This document shows positions 19,858 to 30,630 of a DNA stretch of 64,000 nt, in pieces (the stretch's first letter is position 1; each line of letters begins with the position of its first letter). The stretch is from Leptospiraceae bacterium. GTDB lineage: Bacteria; Spirochaetota; Leptospiria; Leptospirales; Leptonemataceae. Below the pieces are notes generated by a model. The model ran no database searches and was not told the DNA's origin. It was given only the letters and a program-made list of their open reading frames with translations. The stretch lies in NCBI GenBank assembly GCA_040217195.1, contig JAVJNR010000003.1:256001-320000 (forward strand). Direction: 5' to 3'. Both the position numbers and the translations under genes were made by a program.

Positions 19858-20772
19858 ATGAAACAGCAAAGAAGTACAAAGTCTCCGGAAACACCACCGG
19901 CTGCCGAACCTCATTCGGGAGGCGGATATAAAGAGCGGAACATCGATCTGAACGGTGTGCGAATCCACGTAGTTGAGGCCGGACGCGGCCCGCTGGTGGT
20001 CTTGTTGCACGGGTTTCCCGAGTTCTGGTATGCCTGGCACAGACAGATTCCGGTTCTTGCGGCGGCAGGCTATCGAGTAGTAGTCCCGGATTTGCGGGGC
20101 TATAATCTTTCGGATAAACCTCGGGGCGTCCGAGCCTACGGTATTGATCGACTGATAGAAGACGTGAAGGGGATCATCGCAGCCTGTGGCGCGGAGCGAG
20201 CGACCGTGATTGGTCACGACTGGGGGGCCATGATCGCATGGTTATTTGCCATGGTGCACCCGGAGAAAGTGGATCGCGTTGCAGTTCTGAACGGCATGCA
20301 TCCGGTGGCCTTTCGCAATGCCATGGGCTCGCCTTCGCACCTCCGTCAGACCTACTACGGCCTGGTATTTCAGATCCCGTTATTGCCAGAGATCCTGCTG
20401 CGTGCCCGTAATTTCAGTTGGCTGCGCCGCATTTATAGCGGGCACAATACTCCCGGTGGCTTGCCGCCGCAGGAGGACCAGCAAGCCTGGTTGCAGGCCA
20501 TGAGCCAACCGGGGGCCCTGACCGCCATGGTGAACTACTATCGCGGTGCAGGCCTAATGATGAAATTTCTCAAGTCCGCGGTGCAACCGGTGAAGGCTCC
20601 CAGCATGCTAATCTGGGGGGAGCGAGATGGAATCGGGATCGAGACGGCTCTGCCCACGAATCATTGGGCCCCGGACCTGGATGTGGTACGAATCGCGGAG
20701 GCTGGACACTGGCCACACAGCGATCAGCCGGAAACGGTAAACGAGGCATTGTTGAGGTTCCTTAGGCGATAG
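19858..20772 (+). CDS. Epoxide hydrolase-like alpha/beta hydrolase
   Basis: LHGFPEFWYAW, PDLRGYNLSDKP, GHDWGA and AGHW. Confidence 0.93.
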   Translation: MKQQRSTKSPETPPAAEPHSGGGYKERNIDLNGVRIHVVEAGRGPLVVLLHGFPEFWYAWHRQIPVLAAAGYRVVVPDLRGYNLSDKPRGVRAYGIDRLIEDVKGIIAACGAERATVIGHDWGAMIAWLFAMVHPEKVDRVAVLNGMHPVAFRNAMGSPSHLRQTYYGLVFQIPLLPEILLRARNFSWLRRIYSGHNTPGGLPPQEDQQAWLQAMSQPGALTAMVNYYRGAGLMMKFLKSAVQPVKAPSMLIWGERDGIGIETALPTNHWAPDLDVVRIAEAGHWPHSDQPETVNEALLRFLRR

Positions 20773-21209
20773 AGGGCTTTCGCCGCAGCGGAATTCCCCG
20801 GTCCAGTCGGGACTCCGGGGCTGACGTCGAGAATCAATTGAGCCGTGAGAGATCTCCATTTCGGGGAAAGCCAGGAATCCCACCACTTCATAAGGTCCTG
20901 GCTCCTACAGACCCGTTCCTTTCGCCCCTGATGGCGCGGGCCTGTATTTATCTCTTCAAGGCTCCTAGATTCACAGGTTCTGGTGAAAGCCGATTCCGCG
21001 CGATAAGAATTATTCAGGACCGAAAGGTCTGAAATAAAAAAGGGGCTGCGCCTTCTAGATCGTCAGGATATCAAGGCTTTGCATCAAAAAGTAGGCAGGA
21101 ACACAATAAACTTCCAGGGCTCTTCGTGTAATTCGAATTCTGACCGCAGCTCCGGTGAATCCTATACCGGTCCCCGAGCCGGCGAGGCCCAACGTTCAAA
21201 CTCGCAACC

Positions 21210-21713
21210 ATGACAACCAGGCGCAGCTACAATTTCCAGGGTCACCTTGTTGGGTTGCTCTTAATTCTCAGTATAGGCGGATGTTTTTCGGGCTCTATGA
21301 TGCTGATCTTCTCAGAGATGCCTCTGGCAGGTTCAATTGTTCTGGGACTGAGCCTGCCTGCGCTCATCGCGGGCGGGTATATGGGCAACAAGCTGGGCCA
21401 GGCCTGGCGACGGAAACGACTGACAGAAATCCTGGCCGATCCCGAGGCTTCTATGATCGCCCGCTTCCACGATACTGACACCGGAGAAGAAATAATACTG
21501 ACGAATGATGAATACTTCAGAGGAGAAGCGGAGCACCAGGAGTTTCCTAACGACCCGTATAAGCTCATGTCCGTTCAACTTCGCAACGGAACAATGCATT
21601 TAAGGATCAGATACTCTGGAGGCAACACTTATATGCTCACAAAGGAAATCCATTACCCACCCGAAGTAAAAGACTTGTTGAGGAAATGGATCCTGGAACG
21701 GAACTTCAGCTGA
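21210..21713 (+). CDS. Hypothetical membrane protein (2 TM plus soluble domain)
   Basis: 167-aa ORF with two N-terminal hydrophobic segments. Confidence 0.65.
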   Translation: MTTRRSYNFQGHLVGLLLILSIGGCFSGSMMLIFSEMPLAGSIVLGLSLPALIAGGYMGNKLGQAWRRKRLTEILADPEASMIARFHDTDTGEEIILTNDEYFRGEAEHQEFPNDPYKLMSVQLRNGTMHLRIRYSGGNTYMLTKEIHYPPEVKDLLRKWILERNFS

Positions 21714-21868
21714 GTCAAGCGAATCCGACGAAAGTCATTTCCATAGGGAGCGATGCTCGCATTCCAATATTTCTACTTCATAGAAATCATCGTAAGAAAT
21801 CAAAACATTCGAGAGACTGAATCCTTCCTCAGAGTCCCTCGAAGCCCTGTCAGATGCATCCTTCCTGA

Positions 21869-23143
21869 CTAAGCTCTCATCCCCACATATACGTAGTAGA
21901 AACTAAACAGCACGAGGAATACCAGGCCCACGATGCCCAGACCCCGGGCGATGGGTCCCTGACGGTGCTCGTCCGGAATATCGGCTCTGCTCATAACGCG
22001 GACATTAAGATAGGCAAGGATGGCGGCAGTCAAAAATGCAATGGACGTTGCAAAGTCCACAAGTGCGCGCATATTCTCAAGAAAAAAGACGAGAATAACT
22101 AGACTGCCCGCAATAAGTGCCACCAGCAGAATCCAGTAATGCCTGGAACGACTGTCATCCTGGTCTGTTGAAAGCTCCGGATCTGTTTCATAACGTAGAA
22201 CCATCAAAGCATGACGTAAGCTTCTCGCATACGCATCCAGAACGGTCAAAGTTGTACTGAACATCGTCGTAAACGCAGCGATGGCAATTATGAAAAAGAA
22301 TGCCGGGCCCAGGTTCCTGGTATACATTTCAATCAATTGACCGGCAAACGTTGCGGCCCGAGGTGAAAGGGCTTCACCGGATCCGTAAAGAACCAGGGCC
22401 CCGAGAGACACAAAGCATACTGCAAGAAAAGTAGTGCCCCAGTAACCGACATGGAAATCCCGGATGGCATCGCGCATGGAAGGCAAGTGTCCGTCCTGCC
22501 GCTTTCGTGCAATAGTCCACAGGGAATGCCAGATGGAAATATCAATGGGAGCCGGCATCCAGCCCACGAGAGCAATCAGAAATGCTATGCTGGCCGCATC
22601 GCTCCAATCGAAATGCTTAAATGACCCGACGTTAAATGAGACCGGAGAACTAAGAGCCGCAACCACGGCTACGATAGTCGATACCGTAAGTGTCAGGATA
22701 ATCAATCGCATGGACTTATCCAGGAGCCGGTATCGACCCATGGCCAGGACACCCCCACAGATAGCCAGAAGACCAGAGCTGATAACCCAGAGGGGAATCT
22801 CAATCTTGAAGATGTGTGCGGCAAGCCCGGCGGTCACCACCGTCACCGCGGCCTGGACTATGAACATGCTCCCCACGGTAATCAAGAGATAAAGAACCAC
22901 CGCAGAGCGACCCAGTTCGCGATAGCCTTCAAGCAAACTTTTTCCCGTGGCCACTGTATAACGGGGGCCGATTTCAAAGAATGGATATTTGATAACGTTT
23001 GCGACAAGTATGACCCATATCAACTGAAAACCGTACTCCGCACCTGCACGAGTGGACTGCACTAAATGAGAAACACCAATGGCTGCGCCGGCATACAGTA
23101 AACCGGGGCCCAGACTTCGAAAGAACGTGATCATAGGAACCAT
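21869..23143 (-). CDS. NRAMP-like divalent metal transporter
   Basis: LGPGLLYAGAAIGVSHLVQSTRAGA, GWMPAPID and TMFSTTLTVLD; about 11 TM segments. Confidence 0.9.
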   Translation of the reverse strand: MVPMITFFRSLGPGLLYAGAAIGVSHLVQSTRAGAEYGFQLIWVILVANVIKYPFFEIGPRYTVATGKSLLEGYRELGRSAVVLYLLITVGSMFIVQAAVTVVTAGLAAHIFKIEIPLWVISSGLLAICGGVLAMGRYRLLDKSMRLIILTLTVSTIVAVVAALSSPVSFNVGSFKHFDWSDAASIAFLIALVGWMPAPIDISIWHSLWTIARKRQDGHLPSMRDAIRDFHVGYWGTTFLAVCFVSLGALVLYGSGEALSPRAATFAGQLIEMYTRNLGPAFFFIIAIAAFTTMFSTTLTVLDAYARSLRHALMVLRYETDPELSTDQDDSRSRHYWILLVALIAGSLVILVFFLENMRALVDFATSIAFLTAAILAYLNVRVMSRADIPDEHRQGPIARGLGIVGLVFLVLFSFYYVYVGMRA

Positions 23144-23678
23144 TGGCCGCCCATCTGCCCTGTGGGAAAACTTCTTTTGCGGCTAGTTTTTTTGTACCTG
23201 GATGGATTTCCTAATGCACAGCCTTAATCGAAAGAAGCGACCCGTCCGAACTGTAATCAGCGGAAGAATTCGGGGTCTATTTCCAGAGAAAGAGCATTGT
23301 CCTGTCGGCAGCGAATTCACCGCTTTCCGGCATCAATTTCCCCCGCGACATCAGAACAAATATGTTTTTAGTCCTCGCCAGAACCGTTTCCCTCGCGAGT
23401 AAAAAGCAGTAGCGAAGAATCCGTAGACATTACTTCATAAATGTACTTTACTTTAGGTTGGCCTGACCAGATTGTTGGGGTCGATCTAAATCAGTCTTGC
23501 GATTGCGCTTCGGGGTACTTTATGAAATCAAACTCACTGGGCTTCATTTTTTTATTTATCTCAAGATCAGAGTTTTGCCGAACTCAATATCGAGGGGAGA
23601 TTGACTAATGAACGATACCGTAAGCTTTCAAACAATCCTGGAAAACGAAATACCCCGGAAAGGGCTAAGGAAACACTC

Positions 23679-23840
23679 ATGATCAGTCTATTTCTTCAAG
23701 CACCAGGGCCCATCGAATTGATAATCATTCTGGCGATTCTATTGATGGTCGTGGGAATACCGGTAGGTCTGATTACTCTAGTCATTGTCCTGATTCGACA
23801 GAGCAAGCAAGAGCGAAAGCGAAGTACCCGCGATCAATGA
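23679..23840 (+). CDS. Small single-pass membrane protein
   Basis: AAGGAA RBS; PGPIELIIIL (TatA-like N-terminus), hydrophobic core and basic tail. Confidence 0.55.
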   Translation: MISLFLQAPGPIELIIILAILLMVVGIPVGLITLVIVLIRQSKQERKRSTRDQ

Positions 23841-23946
23841 GTGTGAAGCTCATTGCCGAAAATCCCGCCGATCCTTGCGCGCCTGATGTCAAAGCGAAGT
23901 TTCCGAAGAATCAAATACGAACTGAATTCCAGTATTCGTAATTCAG

Positions 23947-24597
23947 TTAGATCACATTATCCTTAATCAGGTCCCGGGCGACATATGAAAAAAGAGTCGC
24001 GTATATGGAGTCATTGGTGTCCTGGTTTGAAGAGAAAAGCCAGATTGGAAGAAAGAGATTCCAGTTCAGGGAGTGGAAAGAGAAGGTATATTCATACTGT
24101 TTTCGGAGCTCTCCATCCTCATAGTAGTTAACCACAAATCGATGGTCCGGATTAGTATACGTCGGTATCCAGTTCAACGTGAGCCCCGCAATCACAGCAT
24201 TGGTCATTGTCCAGGCACCCGATATCTCCTCCTGGAGTATCTCTAAATGATTTCCGGATTCCGCCCGATTAATTCCGACGAATTCAACCTTTTTGAAGAC
24301 ACCCCTGGATACAAGTGCATCCATTCCAGGCTGCATATACCTCTGGAGCTGAGGAGCATACCGCTGCTCTATGGCCTTGTCCCTTTCCATCGCGGAATAG
24401 TCCACATTGCTGTACCTGAAGGAAACGGTTACCTCCTCCACGTTGCGCGCAGCCCTGAATTGCGAATCGTCCAGTCTAGCATCGTCGCCACTCATCCAGC
24501 TTATGCAACCCGGCATAGTGAGCAGGGCAAGCGCCAGGATCCCCTTTCTTAGCCATTCCATAGGTACGAGAATTCGATTCGAGGATTGCAGATTCAT
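23947..24597 (-). CDS. Hypothetical lipoprotein
   Basis: Lipobox-like LTMPGC; GLTLNWIPTY segment typical of spirochaete lipoproteins. Confidence 0.75.
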   Translation of the reverse strand: MNLQSSNRILVPMEWLRKGILALALLTMPGCISWMSGDDARLDDSQFRAARNVEEVTVSFRYSNVDYSAMERDKAIEQRYAPQLQRYMQPGMDALVSRGVFKKVEFVGINRAESGNHLEILQEEISGAWTMTNAVIAGLTLNWIPTYTNPDHRFVVNYYEDGELRKQYEYTFSFHSLNWNLFLPIWLFSSNQDTNDSIYATLFSYVARDLIKDNVI

Positions 24598-24825
24598 TTT
24601 AGACTACTCCGGATTACGAATTGCGGTGGAGGTATCGAGCGCGGTCAAGGCGAATCTCGCCCTGAAGGGAAGAATTATTCGCCGACCCCACGAGACCTGA
24701 GGACACAGATATTCAGCCGCAACGTGGAATGGGCCTGACAATGGTATTGCCAGAATTATTGGCTTGTGGCAGATTTGGACTTTCAATGAAGAATCTGAAA
24801 TTAGCATTCCTGAGATTCCTGGTTT

Positions 24826-25392
24826 TTGCCGGGCTGCAAGCTATTGTTTTCCTCTCTGAATTGCGCCACGGAGGCCATGGTGTGGAGCGAGCAGGCTAGA
24901 GTTACGATTCGACCGGATGAGGTGGGGCGACCCTTCATGACTGGCACAGAATCATTTTGCATTTCAATCCGCGGTCGCCTCTACTGTGACAGAGTGCGAC
25001 AAAACAGCTACTGGTCCTTTCATTACTATGATAAAGTGCACAATTCAGAATTTCCGGACCAGGAAGCACCGCTTCGCGAACTTCAGGACAATTCGCATTA
25101 CCTGGCCCACGAAGCTTCCTATCCAGGCTCTGCCGTCTACTGTCATGAAAATCGAATACTGATCCTGACGCCCCATAGCACTATAGATTGCGATGATACC
25201 TCGAGTCCCGTGCCACTGCTACCCGAAGTATATTTGCAAGGGTACACTCTTTTCATAAAAATCAAGGATAGACCCGGTTTCGTGAAAATGGTATCTACCA
25301 ATGGATTAAAAAAGCCGCTGATTATACTCCATGCACCGCCGACCGATGCAGTTCAGCTGGAACGAATCAAAACAATGGGCTATAAAACATGA
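24826..25392 (+). CDS. Hypothetical protein (start uncertain)
   Basis: 188-aa ORF whose stop overlaps the next start (ATGA). Confidence 0.5.
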   Translation: MPGCKLLFSSLNCATEAMVWSEQARVTIRPDEVGRPFMTGTESFCISIRGRLYCDRVRQNSYWSFHYYDKVHNSEFPDQEAPLRELQDNSHYLAHEASYPGSAVYCHENRILILTPHSTIDCDDTSSPVPLLPEVYLQGYTLFIKIKDRPGFVKMVSTNGLKKPLIILHAPPTDAVQLERIKTMGYKT

Positions 25393-26009
25393 AACGGTAC
25401 CTCTTCCTGATTTCGGGAATCCTTCTTCTATTACCGGCTTGCTTCTTTGTCAATGAATGGCGAAGCCGGGCCCAGCCGCGAATTAGCAAGGATGAAAGCC
25501 TGGCCATTGGTCCCGAGGCCATTTTGTTCATCGGCCATGAATCGGATCGTTTGGTTATCTCGGCTCGATTTCGCGTATTGGACCATCCCTACGACCGACC
25601 CGAGTACTCGATTTTCTGCCTGCCATCCATGGGAGACAGAGAAACCCTGGAGATTTCTGCGAATCAGTATCCATGCGAAATCCGACCGAAAGAATTTCTA
25701 AAAGCTTGCTCAAACGAGAACTCATCTCCGTCCACGGAGAGTATCGGAACCGTCCTGGTGCATGCACGGGATCCGGATGGCCAGGTGCTTCACCGCTTTT
25801 GTTACAGAGATCCGGAGAATCCGGGACTGAGAACCATCGATGTTCGCGCAGCGCCATTAATTCGATCCTACAATGAAGGAAGTCTGCTGTACCCGGTAGG
25901 CATTCCCATCGCTTATCTCCTGGATGCAGTAACATTTCCGGCGCAAGCTGCCTGCATTGGTATTTACATTTTCTCACATAGAAGTCCGGGTCCGGACCAC
26001 TTTGAGTAG
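25389..26009 (+). CDS. Hypothetical exported/lipoprotein
   Basis: Signal-like N-terminus LLLLPAC; C-terminal PIAYLLDAVTFPAQ motif. Confidence 0.7.
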   Translation: MKRYLFLISGILLLLPACFFVNEWRSRAQPRISKDESLAIGPEAILFIGHESDRLVISARFRVLDHPYDRPEYSIFCLPSMGDRETLEISANQYPCEIRPKEFLKACSNENSSPSTESIGTVLVHARDPDGQVLHRFCYRDPENPGLRTIDVRAAPLIRSYNEGSLLYPVGIPIAYLLDAVTFPAQAACIGIYIFSHRSPGPDHFE

Positions 26010-26124
26010 AGGGCCTTCGGTTCGCAGGCCCGGAATTCACCTAACCGGCCCATGACCGAAGGTCGCTCTGCTGCAATCGATGACAAAACGGCTGGCCAGG
26101 AGCAGTTCATAGAGAACAACACAT

Positions 26125-26581
26125 TTGTTTGCCTGCGACAGAGATAATCCCCGAGCAGCTTCTGGCATCATCCTGGTGAGCCCGGCCCTGCCCTCTATAC
26201 GATTGTTCGTGAGCCAGGAATTGAACTCAGAGCAAAAGGCTGATCTAGAGTGTTTGAGCAAGGAACTCTTTGGGATGGATCTGGCGAAACGAGTGGCGCG
26301 GCATCTGAAGAAAAACGGAGCCATCGCATACAACCGCAGGGACTATTGCGGGACCGACCTCTTGTTCCAGGGGGGCCAGTATATGCATACCTCGTGGACG
26401 ATGGGCATCCAGTGGTGTACCGGGCTCAGGAAAAAGGATGGGCCTTCCATGATGTTCACAAATTCATTGCCTGGCTGGCTCGGACTACTCCTTGAGTATG
26501 TATGATAGTCCCGGAGTGTTCAACAATCAGTCCATTACGCGCAAACGACCGGAGAATGCACTGGCTAAAGAAACGATGTAG
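26125..26581 (+). pseudogene. Frameshifted remnant of a conserved hypothetical gene
   Basis: Coherent motifs RDYCGTDL, YLVDDG...FIAWLA and FNNQSITRKR occur in succession in different frames. Confidence 0.55.
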
Positions 26582-26688
26582 ACGATGGCGTATTGGATGC
26601 ATTCGCTGTTTCTGAAAGGGAACCCGGTCGATTTCGCTTTTATTGTTAACAAGGCGCTCCAGATCGGTACAGGCAGGACTAACGCACG

Positions 26689-26943
26689 ATGGCAAAACTC
26701 AAACTGGACCTTCATGAAATCTACAATCAGGGCCGCAAAATCGACGATGCGCTGGAAAGCATCATCCATGAGGCTGTAGAGAAGAAAATCAAAGAAGTGG
26801 AAATCATTCCCGGAAAGGGCAGCGGTCAGTTAAAGAAGAAGGTTCTGCGCTTCCTGGATCGCAAGGACATAAAGGCGCTGTATCATCGGGTAGACAAGGA
26901 CTCAAAGAATTTCGGCAGGCTGTTCGTTTACTTCAAGTTTTGA
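26689..26943 (+). CDS. Stand-alone Smr/MutS2 domain protein
   Basis: KLDLHEI, EIIPGKGSGQLKKKVLRFL and NFGRLFVYF. Confidence 0.92.
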   Translation: MAKLKLDLHEIYNQGRKIDDALESIIHEAVEKKIKEVEIIPGKGSGQLKKKVLRFLDRKDIKALYHRVDKDSKNFGRLFVYFKF

Positions 26944-27129
26944 GTGGAAGGTATAGTCGCCTCCCTACTTCCGAACAGGGCCGTGTTCCTATTGCCTTGT
27001 TTTTCGGACTCAGGCCTCCACCTTCCACCTTTCGGAACGTTCTTTCCAGCAAGCATGAGCCAGGTCTCTCTTGCGACAATGTAAAGGGGTGTCAGGCCCC
27101 GGCAGACGGCTGATTCCGCCGCTACAGAA

Positions 27130-27498
27130 TTAACCAGTGGTGGCCGAATCGGGATCCGTGACGGCCACCGCCGCAACGATCCCGCCGCCCATCAGGAAGT
27201 GAAATAACGCAGGGATTCCCTCCACCGAATATACAATGGGAATCGCAATCAGAACCAAACCCACAATAAAATCCAGGGCCAGATGTATGCGAAATGGGAT
27301 CAGAGCCACAAGGCCGCGGCTGTATCCAGTGAGCAGGCTGTAGATCAGATTGGCCGTCCCTATGCCCACCGGTACGAATATGATGGCCGAAGGGCGATCG
27401 GGAAATTCGAGCAAAAAGGGGCATAAAATCAAGGTAATATCCACAAGGTAATCCAGGATTCCATGTAGCGGCGCTTTGATAAATCTAATGCCTTTCAT
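27130..27498 (-). CDS. SPW-repeat-type membrane protein
   Basis: HGILDYLV, YSLLTGYSRGL, IPFRIHLALD; AGGAG RBS. Confidence 0.8.
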   Translation of the reverse strand: MKGIRFIKAPLHGILDYLVDITLILCPFLLEFPDRPSAIIFVPVGIGTANLIYSLLTGYSRGLVALIPFRIHLALDFIVGLVLIAIPIVYSVEGIPALFHFLMGGGIVAAVAVTDPDSATTG

Positions 27499-27852
27499 TT
27501 CCGTACTTCTCCTTTCGCAGTGTATCGTATTGTAGCGTATCAGAAACCGAACCGTCACCGGGCTACATTTGAGCTTGCTCCCGAAAAATGGCCTTGGTCA
27601 GGCAGGTCTCCTACCGTGATTCGAATTCATCCGAACTGAGATGGTCTCGAGAAGAATGCAACCTGTTACGATTATAAAATCCATCTGACGTTACCTTCGA
27701 TTGTTTCGCGTGTCCACAATTTTTTGGGAAGCATCAATAGAAGAAGAGCAGTCAGCGTTTATCATCCATCCCTTTCTATTTGCGAATCTTCGATGGAAGG
27801 CTCCGCTTTTGAAGCCCGGGAAGGATGCACGGCTGTTGAATCGATTTTTTCT

Positions 27853-28311
27853 CTATCTACGGTGAAACTCATCGTTGGGCACCAGTCCTTCCTCATCTGC
27901 GGACAATTCCGGAAGGATTCGCTTCAAGAAGAACATCTCCAATTTGCCTTTTCCTTTCGCTTCTATTTCGCCGCGGCTCTCTGTTTCGAAGAATGCCTCG
28001 GCCACCAGCTCCCGGGTGGCAGACGCAATGCTTACTTCCTCCACCTGGCCGGAGGATTCCATCCGACTGGCTGTGTTCACAGTATCTCCCCAGATATCGT
28101 AGGCAGATTTATCATTTCCTGTAACTCCGGCGGTAACCGGACCGGAATGCAATCCAATTCGAATCTGCCAGTATTTAAGACCTAGGGATTGCTTTACCTC
28201 ACCAATTTGGTTCATAAAGGCCCGAAATTCCAGAGCGGTAAGACAGGCATACCAGCGGCCGCTTCGGGGCTTCAAGTCTGCGTAAAGAGTCAGGGCTCCA
28301 AATTGGACCAA
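27853..28311 (-). pseudogene. Truncated class III adenylate/guanylate cyclase (C-terminal half)
   Basis: IRIGLHSGPVTAGV, YDIWGDTVNTASRMES and EAKGKG are present; the K-x-IGD metal-binding segment and any sensor domain are absent. Confidence 0.75.
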
Positions 28312-29306
28312 CTGGCTTGCTTATTACGAAAATGAAAGTTTTCTTTAGTAGGCCGGTACATTTCGCTGCTTTCGGCCGGAGCCGCCACCAGTAGCACGCG
28401 GATTTCCGTGCCGCTCCGCCGCCCGTCCATTGGTTTCTCCCGGTCGTTCAAGAGCCTGACCCTTGGCCCACTTATTCTATCAGCAGGGATTCCCCGTCGC
28501 ATCATTTCCGAGGCAATATTGTTAGCCATATCTCGGGCCAGTTCAACATCACTTATATGCATGGCTACAATATGGATTCGGGCATTTTCCGGAGCGTACC
28601 GTAGAAAACCAATAGAGCGCGTGGCGATATAGTCACGCCATAAATGAACAAACTTCCCGAGGTTTCGGGCGCGAGTGTCGTTCGGATAGAAAAACAATCT
28701 GGAAATGATTTTGTGCTGCTCCATACGCAAGCGCATATTGTCCTTCAAAGTAGTCTCGCCGATCATTGTATAGTGGACAAGAGCATAGGGAATCATCGCC
28801 GTTTTTACAACGTCGTGTATTGCATAGAAAGGCACACGCGGAATCAACGAAAATGGGTAGATAAACAAACGGTTCACAGTATCCCTGATGATGAGCGTAT
28901 CCTCCACTCGCACTCCGTCCACTCGGTCAACGTTCAGGGACCGATAACTGAATAGCACTTCTACCAGGCCGTCATCTTTGCCGGTGAAGTAGGCTTTTCC
29001 GGAGGGAGGAACCACTCCTTCGCCTGCATAATACCAGCCACCGCCCTCGGCCTGGTAGCAGCGTTCCGGATACCGCAAGCCTCCCTGCGGATTAAAGATC
29101 AACTCCGGTAGACGGAAGTGCAAATATAGCCAGTGCCGGTCCTCCAGTGTTTCGCAACTGCTGGATACGATGGCTCGATCAAAACCGGACTTGCCCCTGT
29201 ACCACTGGCCGAAAGAAGCATGATGCTCGAATTGGAACGGAGAACAGGCCGGCAGAAAAACAACTCCAGCAAGAACCATAGTAAGGATTATTTTCCGATT
29301 TTGCAT
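28290..29306 (-). CDS. Hypothetical lipoprotein, possible degenerate OmpA-like C-terminus
   Basis: Lipobox FLPAC; C-terminal MMRRGIPADRI segment. Confidence 0.7.
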   Translation of the reverse strand: MQNRKIILTMVLAGVVFLPACSPFQFEHHASFGQWYRGKSGFDRAIVSSSCETLEDRHWLYLHFRLPELIFNPQGGLRYPERCYQAEGGGWYYAGEGVVPPSGKAYFTGKDDGLVEVLFSYRSLNVDRVDGVRVEDTLIIRDTVNRLFIYPFSLIPRVPFYAIHDVVKTAMIPYALVHYTMIGETTLKDNMRLRMEQHKIISRLFFYPNDTRARNLGKFVHLWRDYIATRSIGFLRYAPENARIHIVAMHISDVELARDMANNIASEMMRRGIPADRISGPRVRLLNDREKPMDGRRSGTEIRVLLVAAPAESSEMYRPTKENFHFRNKQASWSNLEP

Positions 29307-29546
29307 ACAGGCGCTCCCAGGTTTCGAGAATAGACCATAGGCATTGAATATCTGAAAAGCAGTATTTTCCCTTTTTTCACCGGAGTTAGACCCATATCGC
29401 TTGAAGGTCCCAGGGCTCCCATCATAGGAAGGGTTACTTCCAGAAATCCACGTAGTTTGCCCCGGGAATCGAAAGGCTTCTACAGTTTATCCGGCAGTAT
29501 ACTATTTCGGTGTTGACCCTCCCCCAGGGCCCACTCCACTCCAACA

Positions 29547-29954
29547 ATGGCGCGATTCGCAAAATACTTCTTTGCCTGCTGCGCCGTGGTGGCCGTCTTT
29601 CTACTGCTTGAATTCTGCAAGGTCTACATAACCGAAACAATTTACAATCGCTGCATTCGTTCGGACTACCCCATGCCTTCCGCCGCGGCAGATCTTACCG
29701 GCCTGGCCGAAGTCTTTCTTTATTTTGGATTACGGCCCATCGCCGGAACAATACTCATCGCGCCATTGCTCATGCTCGTTCTATACAATAGGCTAAGTGC
29801 GCAAACAGGATTCCTGGTTTTTGCTTCCTACCAGACGATCACCGCATTGATTCTACTAACGCAGTTAGGTTTTCGCGGAGGGATTCATTTCGCCTTTGAT
29901 CTGGTTGTATTGGTGATGGTGTGGCTTATCGCGCTGTCAGGACAGACGCTCTAG
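29547..29954 (+). CDS. Hypothetical membrane protein, possibly frameshifted near the 3' end
   Basis: Multiple TM segments; another hydrophobic segment continues in a different frame to about 30027. Confidence 0.55.
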   Translation: MARFAKYFFACCAVVAVFLLLEFCKVYITETIYNRCIRSDYPMPSAAADLTGLAEVFLYFGLRPIAGTILIAPLLMLVLYNRLSAQTGFLVFASYQTITALILLTQLGFRGGIHFAFDLVVLVMVWLIALSGQTL

Positions 29955-30389
29955 TCTGTTCCTTGTGGGTCGCTCTGACGCTCTATGGATGTTTCGAATT
30001 CATATATCAGATTCCGGTATTCTTCTAGAATCTGGACTTTGGCCATCACCTGCATGTCATCGACTCGCGCGGATTCATTCAGTTCCGAGAGCCATCTTTC
30101 GCTATTCAGATCGCCGGTCGTTCGCCTCGTCCGCTCACGACTTCCCTGACTCCCTTTGGATAGAAAGTGGATGAACTGCTTTGCAGTTCTCGGATTACAC
30201 TACCGCCTTGCAGTTGAACGCAGCGCTCGTTCTGGAGAATGGGAATTAGCTCAGATTATACGATGCGCGACATGAGCAAGAGCGCATACGCAAAGATCGT
30301 ATTTGCCACACTACGGGCTTTAAGGCGAACCTTCGGGGCGCATTTGCTCGCTCAGATGACATTGAGGCGAACCTCCGCCAAGTAATCCC

Positions 30390-30629
30390 CTACCCGTTCT
30401 GCTCGCCCATCTCACCTATCTGCCGATTCAATATTTGAGCCAACCCCGCCGCTGCTTCAGGACTCATTCGAATATTCATCCCACCTTTAACGAGCCCGTC
30501 TGAATCCACCAGCAGGTGACGAATCTCTACTTCGAAATTTGTACCGCCCACCTGCACTCTATTTGAATAGAATTCGCCCAGTTGCATGTCCTGTCCGCTG
30601 GCGTCTTTGGGAAACCATATCTGGTTCAC
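30390..30629 (-). CDS. Small hypothetical protein
   Basis: 79-aa ORF starting immediately after the upstream stop (operon-like). Confidence 0.55.
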   Translation of the reverse strand: MNQIWFPKDASGQDMQLGEFYSNRVQVGGTNFEVEIRHLLVDSDGLVKGGMNIRMSPEAAAGLAQILNRQIGEMGEQNG

Positions 30630-30630
30630 T

